DNA of 45,604 nt, the filler included, from Sphacelaria rigidula (lineage: Eukaryota): the NCBI GenBank assembly GCA_964200075.2. It is 2 parts of 2 records of this genome, joined end to end, with 100 filler letters (N's around TTAATTAATTAA, not from the genome) between each part and the next. Parts side by side here need not be neighbours in the genome. Positions count along the whole stretch, not along the records: positions 1 to 22,752 come from CAXNAA020000313.1; 1 more part is not named here. One strand, written 5' to 3'. The stretch's first letter is position 1. Each line of letters begins with the position of its first letter. Of this stretch, positions 1 to 12,700 are shown piece after piece. Made by a program: the position numbers and the translations under genes. The notes beneath the pieces are model-generated. The model did not search any database, was not told the DNA's origin, and saw only the letters and a list, made by a program, of their open reading frames with translations.

Positions 1-956
1 CACCCTCCACCCCCCTCCCCTGTTGTCTGGATCCCCCCCCCCCCCCCCCCCAACCCCACCCCCTGTCCTCACCTCCATCCATCCATACCCTGCATTCTGA
101 ACGGTACCTGTAGGTGGGCAATCGATCATACAAACCGCAAACCCGGCCAGGAACAAGAGCATACACACACAAAACACACAAAAAACACACACAAACACGG
201 GCACGCACAGGCATAATGAACACGGTACACACATAAAAGTAGCAGCAGTGCGTCCATTCGCCGAACAACACGTGCATGCATGTACGCACTCCATACACAA
301 AAAACGTAGCACACAGTGAAACAGCACCGCCAAAAATTATCAGCATTAAGGTGGGGCAACAACCAAGGGCACCGCAGAGAGACGACATAGCCCATCGGCC
401 CGTCATACTCCACGGCAATATAAGGGCCGTTTTACCCTCCCTTTCCCTCGCCCCCCCGTATTCGCGTCTGTATCGTCAACACTACAAGCCGCGAACAACA
501 AAAAATGAGCAAAGCAACAAGACACCACCTGTTTCACCTCTGCCCACAAACAACACAAGTCATCGTATCACCCCACCCCCACATCACTTCGAAAAAATAC
601 AAAAATACAGAACACAACAGCCCCGTTTAAACGTCGCCACGTGTAGCAAACTTCACACAACATCACCAAGTACGACCACTACATATTTGATGACGCAACC
701 CTTCATTTTTCATCGCACACGGCACAGCAACCGGCCGCCTTTCTTAGATAAGCAGCCCCCGCAGAAGGAAGGTATCCGGTCCGGTCCAGTCCTCGAACGT
801 TTGTTTTACCATTTGCCACCTTCCTCTATTTTGTTTGTTAGGGGAAGGGGGGGGGGCAATAAACGCCTTCCAACCTCTCGTCCGTATTCAGCTGCCAAAC
901 CAGCTTACGTTCAAACATCTCAGAACCTGTTTGAACCTTCGAAGCAAAACACAAAA

Positions 957-1406
957 TCAGAACGACAGCTGGTTGTGCAGAGCCGCAGCGAGTGACTCGT
1001 CCCCACCCCCACCTCCACGACCACCACTTGCACCACCATTCATGCTCCGCGCTGAGCTAGAGGCGGATGGGGCACGAAGAGGAAGAGAAGGGGACGAGCG
1101 GGAGCTGTCCCCGCCTGCGGCTCCACTGCTGGCCGCAGGGCTCTCTCCTCTTCCCTGGCGGCTACTGTCGTGAAGGAAGTCTAGGTGAAACCCGGACTGG
1201 TGGAACGACGCTGGGGCACTGCTAGCGCTGCCGCCGATCATGCCGTTGTTGTCGTCGTCCATGCCGAACAAGTAGGGCAACTTGGCAACACTGCTGCGGC
1301 TGTCCATGGCATCGGCAGCAGTTGTTGCAGACTCGCTGTTGTTGTTGTTGTTGCCACCGGCGGTACTCTCTTCCACCTCACCCTCTAGACTCATACCCGC
1401 GCAATC
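957..1406 (-). CDS. Last coding exon (DCAGMSLEGEVEE...LHNQLSF*)
   Basis: Acceptor ACACAG|GAT (phase 0), in frame with ORF 957-1394. TGA at 957-959. Followed by TG-rich non-coding sequence (putative 3' UTR). Confidence 0.85.
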   Translation of the reverse strand, partial: DCAGMSLEGEVEESTAGGNNNNNSESATTAADAMDSRSSVAKLPYLFGMDDDNNGMIGGSASSAPASFHQSGFHLDFLHDSSRQGRGESPAASSGAAGGDSSRSSPSLPLRAPSASSSARSMNGGASGGRGGGGGDESLAAALHNQLSF

Positions 1407-3730
1407 CTGTGTCGAATTTTTGTTTCATTTTACAGGAGGGAAGGTGACACGGTATGAGTCAAATCGTTAGATATTCAAGAGTCCCTCGATTCTAGGTGTG
1501 CAATAAATAAATACCACCGATAGACACCACGTTTGAAACGAAGGACCTGGGCAGGGAGGCGGTGATTGTCAACCCTCTCCACCACCAGCCGACACTTTTC
1601 TTCACCGCATCACCTTTGTACTCAGACCCGTGATCGAAACGCGGCACACTTGGGGCAGTCAAACCGTTCATAATGCAAAAGTTCCTCCCGACCCTCGAAA
1701 GAACCGCGAGAGAGGGGCAGGCACCTAGAAGAGGAAAAAAACGGGGGGAGACTACGGCGCCCGTGCAGCTGACAGTCCTACGCCCCGCACTAGTGAGTTG
1801 GCAAAAAAGAGGGTTGTATGGCACACGGTTCTACTTCGGGAAGGCAACAGCTTCAACGCATATACAAACAAGAGCACCCCTTAGTAAAAACTTTCTCTCA
1901 TTAGCAACAATCATCATGAAACACAAATTGACACGTATCACCGAGCCATCCGCCCGCGACAAAGAAGACAACCGCACGCAAACGAACACAAACACAAACA
2001 TAAAACACGAGGGGATCAAGTGCCGAGGACGACGGAATCAAGTGCACCGCGGATGTAAAACGACCCTACACTCACACACGTCGAGGTGGGAATGAATAAC
2101 GACTACATGGCGAAAATGCACACCATCTCACCGGCAGATCCTCTCCGAAAAAGGCACCCCCGGCCACCGAACCGGTGCCAACGGGACGACCATATCGCTG
2201 GGCCTGAACTTCACTCCCGCCGTTTCCTTCGGCCCCGATAGGGAAGCTACTGACGCCAGCAACACAGCGACAGCAGACGCGCAGTGCGTCAAGTCAAAAA
2301 TCCAAACGGGGTGAGTTCTCCATGACCAGGGTGATCTGTTTCTTTTCTTGGCGTTGTTATTCGAAAATGCCAAACCTGTTCCAAAATCCGCCACGCCTAC
2401 CCTAATCGGATCGTTCTAGTCTCGACGGACGTGGGGGGTGCGTCCAATATCTTGCATGCCGTCGTCTCAGAAGAACATTGGCCTCAAATCCCCACAAAGT
2501 CAGGATGAAGCATCCTGGGTACTCGTCGTACCAGGCTCGAAACCACAAGCCCGAAGCGCCGTTATGCGTTTGGCGAGTGGCAAGATGGGTAAGCTGCATC
2601 CCAAGTTTGTTCGGCTCGAAGCGTACTGATCATCTTAGATATGGAGGACAGTTTTCAACCAGTTGCTGCATTTCCTGGTACCGCCTCTTCCAGAGACAGC
2701 CACGGCTTGCACGCCGCCTCATGGGTGTATCACAATTTAAACACCACGTAGTACGATCATCCCCTTGGCGCGATGTTGAGATCCTCCACCCCGCACATGA
2801 TACAAATCGACAAACATCACAGTTCCTGCTAAAAATAATAAACGTGAGAAAAAAACAACCTGGTTACCTAGCTTTTTCATTAAGTGGCGTGTTTCACATG
2901 ACACTTGACCCCTCGCGTGCGACAACCATCACGATCACATTCGGGTACCACCCACAGCGAACCTGACACGACTGAAACAGTATGCTGGGACCCCACAAAA
3001 TACCCGTCCGAATACTGCAATCGTATGCCTTATCGAAATCAAGAGAAGTGTGGCATGCGATTCTGGCCGCACTGCGGTAGCACCTCCCACCTTCGGGGAC
3101 CTTACTATGGTGGTAACCTGCTCTTAGCAGAACCTCACTACGGGGGGACCTTGCACTCCAGGCGACCCCCTCTGTACACACACACACACACCTGCGCTCC
3201 AAGCTACCGTCACCACCGCCGACAGCACCACCAGCTTCAGCCCCGCCTCCACCTCCGCGCCCAACGGCAGCATCCAGGGACCCAAAGGCAGCGCGGACGC
3301 TACTCTGTCGGCTGCCCCCGCCGCTGCTGCAGCTGCTCGCGCCGTTCTCGTCGACGTCTGCGCCGCTCGGCTCGGGCGAACCGGCGGGGCTGCCGCCGCG
3401 TGACGAGGCCTGGAGCAAGGTCGTTGTTTTTTGTTTTATCACATGTGAGTAGTATAATGGCAAAGACTATATATTTTTGACTCATCATGTCGACTTTGGC
3501 TAAACTTGACCCTCATCTTGGTACGGTTCAATCTTGGGTTGTCCGACACTGTGTGACCACGATGCAATCAATGCAACACGAGTCCCACGAATTGTATTTT
3601 TTTCTTTCTTCATGTGCTCCATTTTCGCGGATGCCTGCTGAAATCAAGATCCTACACCTTCCGCGGCCAACGAGGTGAGACTGTAGTATAGGAGCATACA
3701 GAACGATTGAAACATGACGCACGTCCCTCC

Positions 3731-3778
<48 letters not shown>

Positions 3779-6700
3779 TTCTCTACCGAAGGGGGGGGGG
3801 GGGGGGCAGGCGTGCTCCCCCCCCGCCANNNNNNNNNNCCGCCGCCAACGAGGTGACCCTGTATTATAAGAGCCTACAGAACGATTAAAACATGACGCCC
3901 CTCCCCCCCCCCCCCCCCCCCCCCAGAAAGCTCCCATCTTTACAACTTGACTCTATTGCAACAGGAGGGGGTAGAGACGCGTCAACGTTGCTCCTCGCCC
4001 GTAAAGACTAACCTGCACTTCCAAATTTGTTTGGATTGCGATACAAAAACGACATGAAGTCATCGCAACATACCGTGACGGGGCTGGCGCCCACAGTCCG
4101 TCGCCCTTTGTTCACTACTCGCAACACTGGTGTGCTTCGTGAAGCCGAACGGTCGGCGGGGCACACGGTTGCTTCTTCGTTTCTCAACAGCTTTTCTTCT
4201 CCATCCTAGTACCTGACATTCCACAGCAAGTCCAGATCCCGGGTAGCTGGCACCACCGCTTCCGCGAAGATGGATGGGATCTCCGCTGCTCGGCGCGTTA
4301 GGCGTCTTTTCCGCCGTCCTCCTCTCGGAACCTACCACAAATCGTGCAGCATAACCGTGGTTAATCTCATCATGATTGTTGTTCCGAGCCAATACATTTT
4401 CTGCGACAATAATATCCGAATTCTACAGGGTGCTGACATCCAAATTCGCAGCCTTCACAGGGGGCTAAATACCTCAACCCTTCGACCGGGAGGGTAGGTC
4501 ATCTGCTGAATCGGTATCAATTTTACTCGAAAAAAGTAAACGTGATCCAGATGGACTACCCGCATCGTGGTCCAAGGGTTACACGTTGAACTCTGACCGG
4601 CCCCACTTTGCGTTTCACACATTGTGCCTCAGCTATACAGTTTTGCGTGTTGCACCCGTGTACAGGAAATTACCAAGATCTTCCACTGAAGGACCCAGTA
4701 TGACAGGAAATATATATATTGTTGTACAAGCCGTAGGGAGTGACGCTCTTCGTGAAGCGCCCTTTCTTCTACACCATTTTTCCGAGCTCCTATGTTCAAA
4801 CGACAGGCAACATGTTCTGCGATGGAGATCTATGGTAACCGGGGCTGCAGGGGCTGAAAATTCTCCGAGAATGAGGCGAAAGGCGTGGACATGACGTTTT
4901 AAGGCAAGTGCACTTTGGACAAGCGCAAGTGTCGATTTGCGCAGAATCGTGTCGAGCGCACGCCGGCGAGCACCTGTGGCTGTGAGCACACCCTCAAAAG
5001 GCTCGAATGTGACAGCCTACATTCAAACCAAGTACTTGTTCAGCCATGAAACGATGAGGTAACAGACTGGCGACAGTGAGCGCACCATGGATACAGCTTA
5101 CAAGTCCGAACTATAATACTATCGTGTTGACTTGACCGAGATTTTTCCAAAATGAGATGTCACCTTCACTTTAAAGTTCGAGAGTCCGTGGTTAAGATGG
5201 GGAAAAAAAGCAGACCGTCTTCATGACACATCCCCCATTTTCCAATTTCTTCTTGACGAAATACCACGCGTAAACCTCCGTTAATCCAAGTGATGTTCTT
5301 AATCGTTCATGTTTAAAAACGCGCTTTTTCCTGCTGTAGCGCAACGAATATGAAGAAAAAAATGGACCATAGAATCTCATCACAACGATGCGGATTGGTT
5401 CGGTCACAGGGGCTGTACACTCGGATGACCAACTATGACCGGTGACCCCGTGAATCGTTCAAAAATTGTTCATGTAGAATAGTTTTTGCGCAGTTTGTGT
5501 AGAATGCTAGGTCACAGATAAAGCATCGCTGCTACCATGATAACGGAAAAATGGACGCTGAAAAAAATGGACTGTCCACGACAATGAATAATGACGCGAA
5601 GCTAACCTTGCCAAGAAGGATACATTCCACGCGAAAAGCTGAGACAAAAAAAGGGGGGGGAACAAACGAGCGCATGTACAAAAATATATTTCCTCACCAC
5701 CGTTCTGTGGAGACCACGTCTTGACTGCCGAGGTCGACTGCTGCCGGGCAGCGATCGCGCTGCTTTTCGGCGTCAGCAACGCAAACTCGGCGCACTCCAT
5801 GGAGATCGCATCCATAAACGTCGAAGATGCGCCGCCGCCGCTGCCGCCGCCAGCTGGACCGGGCGGCGCCTGAATAGACGGGATTGACATGCATTCGTAC
5901 CCGACAGCGCTGCTCACGGGGCCTATAGACGCAGGTCTCTGCCGTGTCACCGCGCCTGTTGACAGCGACCGCACGCGTTCGAAGCCGTCGCCGACGCCCA
6001 AGTGAACGCTGGACGGCCGGCGGGGCTGTGGTTGCTGCTGATGCTGGTGCTGGTGCTGCTCATGCTGCTGGTGCTGATGAGGGTGGTGCTGGTGCTGGTG
6101 CTGATGCTGTGCGTGGTGGTGGCGGCTAGAAAAAGAAGCGCCGCCTCCGTGATGACCACCACCATCTGCCCTCCACGCATGATGCGGCAAGGGCGGCGAA
6201 CTCGTACCACGCCGTGACGCAGCCGCCTGACTCGCCGTCATGGTCATACGCTCATCGTACGACGACCGACGTGCTCTTTGCAACATGAACTGGCCGCCGT
6301 CGCGGGAGGCGCCACTATTCCCTGTCGTGTACGATGGATGATTTCCCCCGCCGCCGCCGTAGAGGCGACTCTCGCCGTCGGGTGGCGACAGGGAAGAAGC
6401 GCTGAGAATACCTTCACTGCCTATGGGGACCACAGACGACAGAGCAGGAGATGACGATGCAGAGCCACCGTAGGCGGAGCCACCGCGGCCGTCGAAAGAA
6501 CGAGCGCGGGTGGCTCTTGCCATCGGAGGCATCATGCCGCCGCCACCGCCGCTGCCGCCATCTAGCATCAGCGCTGGGCTGCCGCGTCCAGCTGGTCCGC
6601 TGCCACCGGGTACGTGCGGGCTCATGGCCCCGTGTTGCCGGTGCGACACCCCACCGAGCCCGCCCACGCTGGCGCTCCTCGTCGGCCGCACAATGTGCAT

Positions 6701-9700
6701 GGGCAAGCCACCGCCTCCGCCTCCGCCGCTTTCAACGACGCCCGGCACGGACGAGAAGCCCGCGCTGCCAACGACGTGGTGAACAAATACACCATCACCG
6801 CCGCTGCTGGCGAAGCCCGGCGGAGGAGCGCCCTGGTAGCCGCGGCCGCCGCTGCGACCCGGGGAGTTACCCGCGGATGACGTGGGAGAGGCTGGTTGAG
6901 AGAAACACGGCGAGGATGGCTGCGACAGTATCCTCGGGCTGGTAACCGCTTGCTCGGATTGCGTTGCTCTTCATCGGGATGGTAGGCCATAAGAAAGGGG
7001 TGAGACAAGGAGAAGAAAACAGGGGAAACAACATCAGTCATTTCATTATCCGTGAGCATGGTGAACGGTGCGTGTGACCGTACGACAGGTGCCGAAATGG
7101 CATGGTGCCACTCATGAGCAAAAACGTTTCACCCATCACTTGTACGACCCGAAGCGGAACTGCACTATTCGTGCACCCATGACGCGTACAGCACGACATC
7201 ACAGCGTAGTTTGTCCTCATCGGACACGAGTGAATTTTTCTCAGTGACTCCCTCAAAGGACTTGCATGAAAAAAAATAGTCCACTCGTACACGTTTCACA
7301 CCCGGACAATACGATCGATTCACAGTTCGCACAGTTTTACCGCCGAAAAAAATCGAAGACACAGTATCATGAATATCTTCTTGCCACCTGTGGCTCGTCC
7401 AGAATGGATTACGACACACACATCTTGTCATACGCGATTCGTACCATCCACATGAATCATGCGTTTGTGTTTTTGCTCAAAACTCGTGATTCATACGGTC
7501 AGCATCAATCAAAAGTACACCTCAGTGCGTGCGCACACGCAAGGATGTCGTCCGCACAGTACGTATCGCACGGGCCTCAACTCGTCCGCATGTGCGGAAT
7601 TTTGTTTGGCCACTACCGTGACTCTCACTCTGTGCCGTGCTCATGACATCCAGCGGTGTCTTTATCCTTACATCGGTATTGCACATACATTTCAGAAGGA
7701 TGACTGTACCTCATACGATCCTCGAGAATCAGCGAGGCTTCCATTCTCGACACGTTGATGGTGCCTACGCCGCCTGAACTGTGGAACCTCCGACCCCCAA
7801 CATTCGAGCCTGCTGAAGCGTCTCTCGACATGCCAGCGGCCTGCATCAAATGCCCGGAGGTGGATCGCCTGAAAAAGTCCAAGAGAGGTGAGGATCAGAA
7901 GCAGCACGATCGTAACGGTGGAATGGTGAGCAGGGGAAGGGGGTGGCGATAGAGTGACAGAATAAAATAAAAAAAGTGGAAGCAAGGGGCAAAGGGAAAC
8001 AGGACTTGGGTTCGGAGACCTAAACGCCGGATATGGATCGTGGAGAAGAAGACTCCAACGTTTTCACACTGAAATCTTTTGGGGGAAATCTTTAGAAGAG
8101 GCCTCAAGCGATAATTCCCAAAACTAGATGCTGTCGACATGACTTGACCACTTTCCGGTTATCTTGCACTCCAGCAGCGTAATCGTGGCTACCCATTAGA
8201 ATGAAGCCGTACGAAAAAATACAACATGCATGTGCTCTGCTCAGGTCCTCAGAAAGCATTTTCACCGCAAGGGTATTATCTTATCTGAGTCTCCACGTCC
8301 ATTTGTGGGAGAGCAAGTACACCGACTGAACAAATGAACCACCCCTACGATCACGGTAACATTGAGATGAGATTTCAGGTCGAAGATCGAGAACACGGGA
8401 AAATACACTTCTATCGCAGGATAAGAGACGGTGCTGGGGGGAGGTCAAAAGCAGAACTGTGAAAGACACATGCGCTTTTCATCTCCCGAACAAGTACAAA
8501 CGGACTTGAGCGCTAGCAAAACCCGATCGTTCATTTATCCTTTCGCACCGAACCAGCGAGCAGCACAATCCTCAATTCCTTCCCTCCTCTCCGGTAATAA
8601 CCTACTATCTTTCTCCCCCTCTGCATCGAGACCATTTTCTCTCCACGTCCCTCTCGTGTTCCCCTTACCTGACCACACCCGCGGCGCTCGGTACCACGTC
8701 GTGCTCATCTCCGACGACGAGGTGTCGCCAATCCCCACGGTCGTGAGCCACCAGGCCGCCGGCGTTGCCGCGACCCTCGCTGAGCGCACTGCCGGGCCTC
8801 GACAGCGAAGCCTTCGGCGACGACCTGCCGCTGTTGCCGCCACCCCCCCCCTGTTGGTGCTGCAGGCGGAGCTTCGTCATCTCTTTCAGCTCTTCAACCG
8901 AAAGACCGTGGGCGAGCAATCTGCCGTTGGGAGTAGAAGCCCTGACCGGGCGTGGCGAAGGTGTGGAGTTTCGGAAAGGTGGCCACGCGGTGGCGTGACC
9001 ATTGGGAAGGGGAAGATGAGGGAGGGGCGGGGGGGAGCGGGCGGCCACATGGTCAGTACAGTGTTTTTTCTTCTATCGTTTCTTCATCCTCCCCTACTCT
9101 CTCTGATGGCGAGAACCGTGGGCATGGGGGATTTCATTGATCCGTTCAATCCCTTCCGCCTCAGTGTATACACCACCTGCGCCAGCTGGGGGCAATACTT
9201 GGTGCTTGAAACAGCGTACATGGCCCATTTTTAAATATCAAAAGCTGCAAATTCCGACACAGTAAGGTTTATAGTATCAACTGACTGAACTCAAAGATGT
9301 TGTAAATCAACGAATGAACGTACATATATATATATATATGTGTGTGTGCGTTCGATCTCAAGACTACACGTTTTTGCGTGTTGAGGTATAGAATGTACGT
9401 GTAAAAATTTACGTCAAAACTCCTTAAATTGGGCCCTGCATTTTGGTTCATGTATGACGGTGCAGATATGCCGCCACATGAGGCGACATGTCGTGGGTTT
9501 TACTCCCGACAAACACGTCTCTTTAGGTAGGTGCCAAAAAAAACTGCGTTTGCTTGCGTGCGGAAGGCCCTTGTAAATTTTCACCGCTGCGCCTTGGTGG
9601 TCCAAGTGGTACAGGAGATTCCAGCTACGGAGGTTATGAGTTCAAATCCCGCCAGCTGTATTTTTTTCTTGCAAAATCTGGTTCCGTGGTTGAGGTCAGA

Positions 9701-12700
9701 TGTTACCCGGTACATTTCATTTGTTTTCCAGCGGCAACCCGTCGTGCATCAGCAGATTAGTCTCCCCTTTACAAGGATATAATTACACAAGGTTTTTCGG
9801 GGAAGCTGAAAAAGTCACCGTGTACCACAGAACTTCAAGGCTAGCACAACTTGTACATCTGCCTCGTTCCCGACAACTTGTTCCATCGAGTGCATCGCAC
9901 CACTGCCGTCCCGTCCGCCCGTCGACTGTTGAATCATCGAGTTCTTTATCGAGATCTTTCACAATCTCCCGCCACCGGTGTTTTTGAGCGCGATCGAAAC
10001 CTCATCGAAGGCGGCACACTGCTGTCGATGCTCGAACCGGCAGAAGGTGCTCAGGATGACATTTATGTGACTGTTGGACCATCCGATCGCGGCGACATTG
10101 ATGTCTGCTTCGAATGATTGCTGCTGACGATAATTGAGGGGATGATCTTCTAGTACGAATGACGGAAAATGTACGGGTTTGGGGGAGTAGCGGGAAGCTG
10201 CATCCACGCCGCTACAATGGGCAGGACACACCAAAGCACGCATAAAAAGATACACATACAATTCCACCATGTACAACCTGCAGAGAGAGCTGGACTCTCC
10301 GTCGACAACCGTACGATAGGTGCCCTCACTCTGGACTGCTCGTCCGTTTGAACAACCGTGCTCGAGACATTTCGAAGTCAACGGGCTGCATGCTCGAAAG
10401 GATGCAACTGAAACACAATAAAAAAAAGCGACTGACGCTCGAAACTACGATACGATCCCCGTCTGTCTCTTGCCTTCCAGCAGTTTCCAAAATTGCTTCA
10501 CAGCAAAAATACAACAACAAAAAAGTGACATTGGTTGACCGGCGGGGTATGCTCGCCAGGTAGACGATAGGATATCGACATGTCTGTTGGGGAGAGGGGG
10601 GGGGACTGCAATGTTCATACAAGTGCCCTGATGCAGAGTGTACATATCGGTACCTGTTTTCATCGCCCGCTTCTTGTCCTACGTTGACTACTATTCCAAG
10701 AAGCAGTCGGCATTTCCCCCAACACATCACTCGTACGAATTATTTATTGCTCGTAAGCTCCTTGCACAAGTTCCAACAAATGACTTCAACCCCTCTCATC
10801 CGGAGAATAATCTGAACCACCTCGAACTTTGGCTAGGCTGGGGGTGTGCATTTTTTTTCAGTCTTTTTCTTCACGTGAAGGCACGCTGCAGCGGCTGGCC
10901 ACTCTCATTTTCCCCCCCACTATTTTTCACCAGGACGGTCATTTTCTAGGTTATTCCTCTTCAAGGTTTCCCTTCCTTTCTGTTACTTCCGCAGGTTCCT
11001 CCCTTGTTTTGAAAACGTCCTCCTTTTTTTCTCCAATTTGAGGCTCTTCCCGAACTTGTCTATGCTATAGCCGATATAAAAAGACCATACCAGCATAATC
11101 GGTAAGAGCCCATTCAATTCAGTAGTTTGTCGACTCCGTTCGTTACACTTTTCTTGTTTGTTTATTTTCCCCTCAAGTCATCTAGCTAGTCTTTTCGTTA
11201 TCTACCTTGTGATCACCGCAGGATCCCTCCGAGATCAGTTAATGTGCGACGGTCAATCAATTCACCATTTTCATCATAAGACCGACCAAATCCGAGTCTT
11301 GCACCAAAACCCGATGCAAACACAAATATTAGGTATCGCATTTAAGTACCAAATAACTTTCGCGGTTGTACGGATCTGAACGAACACAAGCCTGGTCGCT
11401 CAAGTTCCTGAGCGGGCTCACGGGGGAGGCGTCTACAAAGAAATCCTGAAGAATGGCGGGTACATTGAGACCACGACCGCTCCCGCCGGTCAAGGTAACT
11501 CAGTAATGCCCTCACCAGTCCCGAAACGCGCCTGACTCGATCGGGTGCTTTGAACCCCAAATCAGTGCCTACTTTGGAGTTCGTCGTCAGAGGTACAAAA
11601 GGTCATGAAGCTATCGCGCCCATGGGTCACGACATTGACACGGTGAGAGTAGCAAGTACTGGACGCTTGGTGAAAGAGGCAGCGTGAGAAAGGGCGGAAA
11701 GAGGAGGCGAAGCAGAAACAGTCACAGGACCACCTCATACAAGGCACGCCCGTGCAGTCCAGATGGCTCGTTTTGATGAATAACACATAGCACTACCTCC
11801 GTGTCTCTACATTGTACGTGATACCCATGGAGGTGTTGCACGTGGAAATCCCCGACCATTGGGGGGGAACAGCTGAGATCTATTCGCAGTGAACAAACGG
11901 TACAGAGAGGAAAAGGGAAAAACAGTCGGGATCTACCTGGACATTCATGACCACAACCTTAGACTTAACATTCAAATAAAAAAATCAGATCTCTCATGGA
12001 AGGGTTAGGGTTACAACCCTTGAGGCAGGGTCAACCCCCTCGAGTCAGCTGCGGTGGACTCTACGCGAGTTCTCATCGTCGAGCGTCTTTTGAAACATAC
12101 CCTGTCCGAGGATGAGACCGTCAGGTTCGGATCTTTAAAAAGTCAACGGTGCGGAGTCCCAAACATCACGCGCAACGCGGTTTTCGGCGCACAAGATTTG
12201 GCGCACGTTGCCTCGTGGGCATCCTTCACTAAAGTTTGGCGGTTTGCACTGGGTCAAAGTCGTGACCGCAAGGGTTGCTCAAGTGCGTCACACAGTAATT
12301 TTTCGAGTAAAAATGATGCCAATGCAACAATAATGATAGAACCTGCGGTCAGAAGGTCACGACCGGAGTGCAAAAGTCAAGACGCGACGGCCGTAACGTA
12401 CGTACGCAAAGGGACTCGGGTAAACCCGCCTCGTTGACTGAGGAGGCGGACCCGTAACAAACGGCGCAAAGGCCCAGGGGAATATTCTTTCCAAACTGTT
12501 TACAAGGGAAGTACCGGCGAGGCCTTTGAGCCCATGTTGCGACGATGGCGACAGTTCTACAATAACTTGATAACTTGAACAAAAATGCAGGTCCTCTCGA
12601 GTCGATGACAGCTAAGGTGGAGAAGGAGAGCTGCTATACATATAGACAGCTAGATCTACGGGGTAGGTCGGGTTGTGAGGCGGTTCATCATCCATCTTGC

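Noticed and set aside
276-995. 239-aa plus-strand ORF
   Set aside because: Antisense to the putative 3' UTR. It stays open because the CA-rich strand is poor in stops. No protein-like features.
3660-3925. Apparent tandem duplication around the N10 gap (3829-3838)
   Set aside because: The second copy is a degraded version of the first next to poly-C/G runs. This is typical of low-quality read ends overlapping across a gap, so it is an assembly artefact.
8431-9234. 267-aa plus-strand ORF and other ORFs overlapping GC-rich exons
   Set aside because: Shadow ORFs antisense to exons supported by splice-site phase.
12001-12013. Telomere-like agggttagggtta
   Set aside because: Only about two units, which is insufficient for an interstitial telomere.
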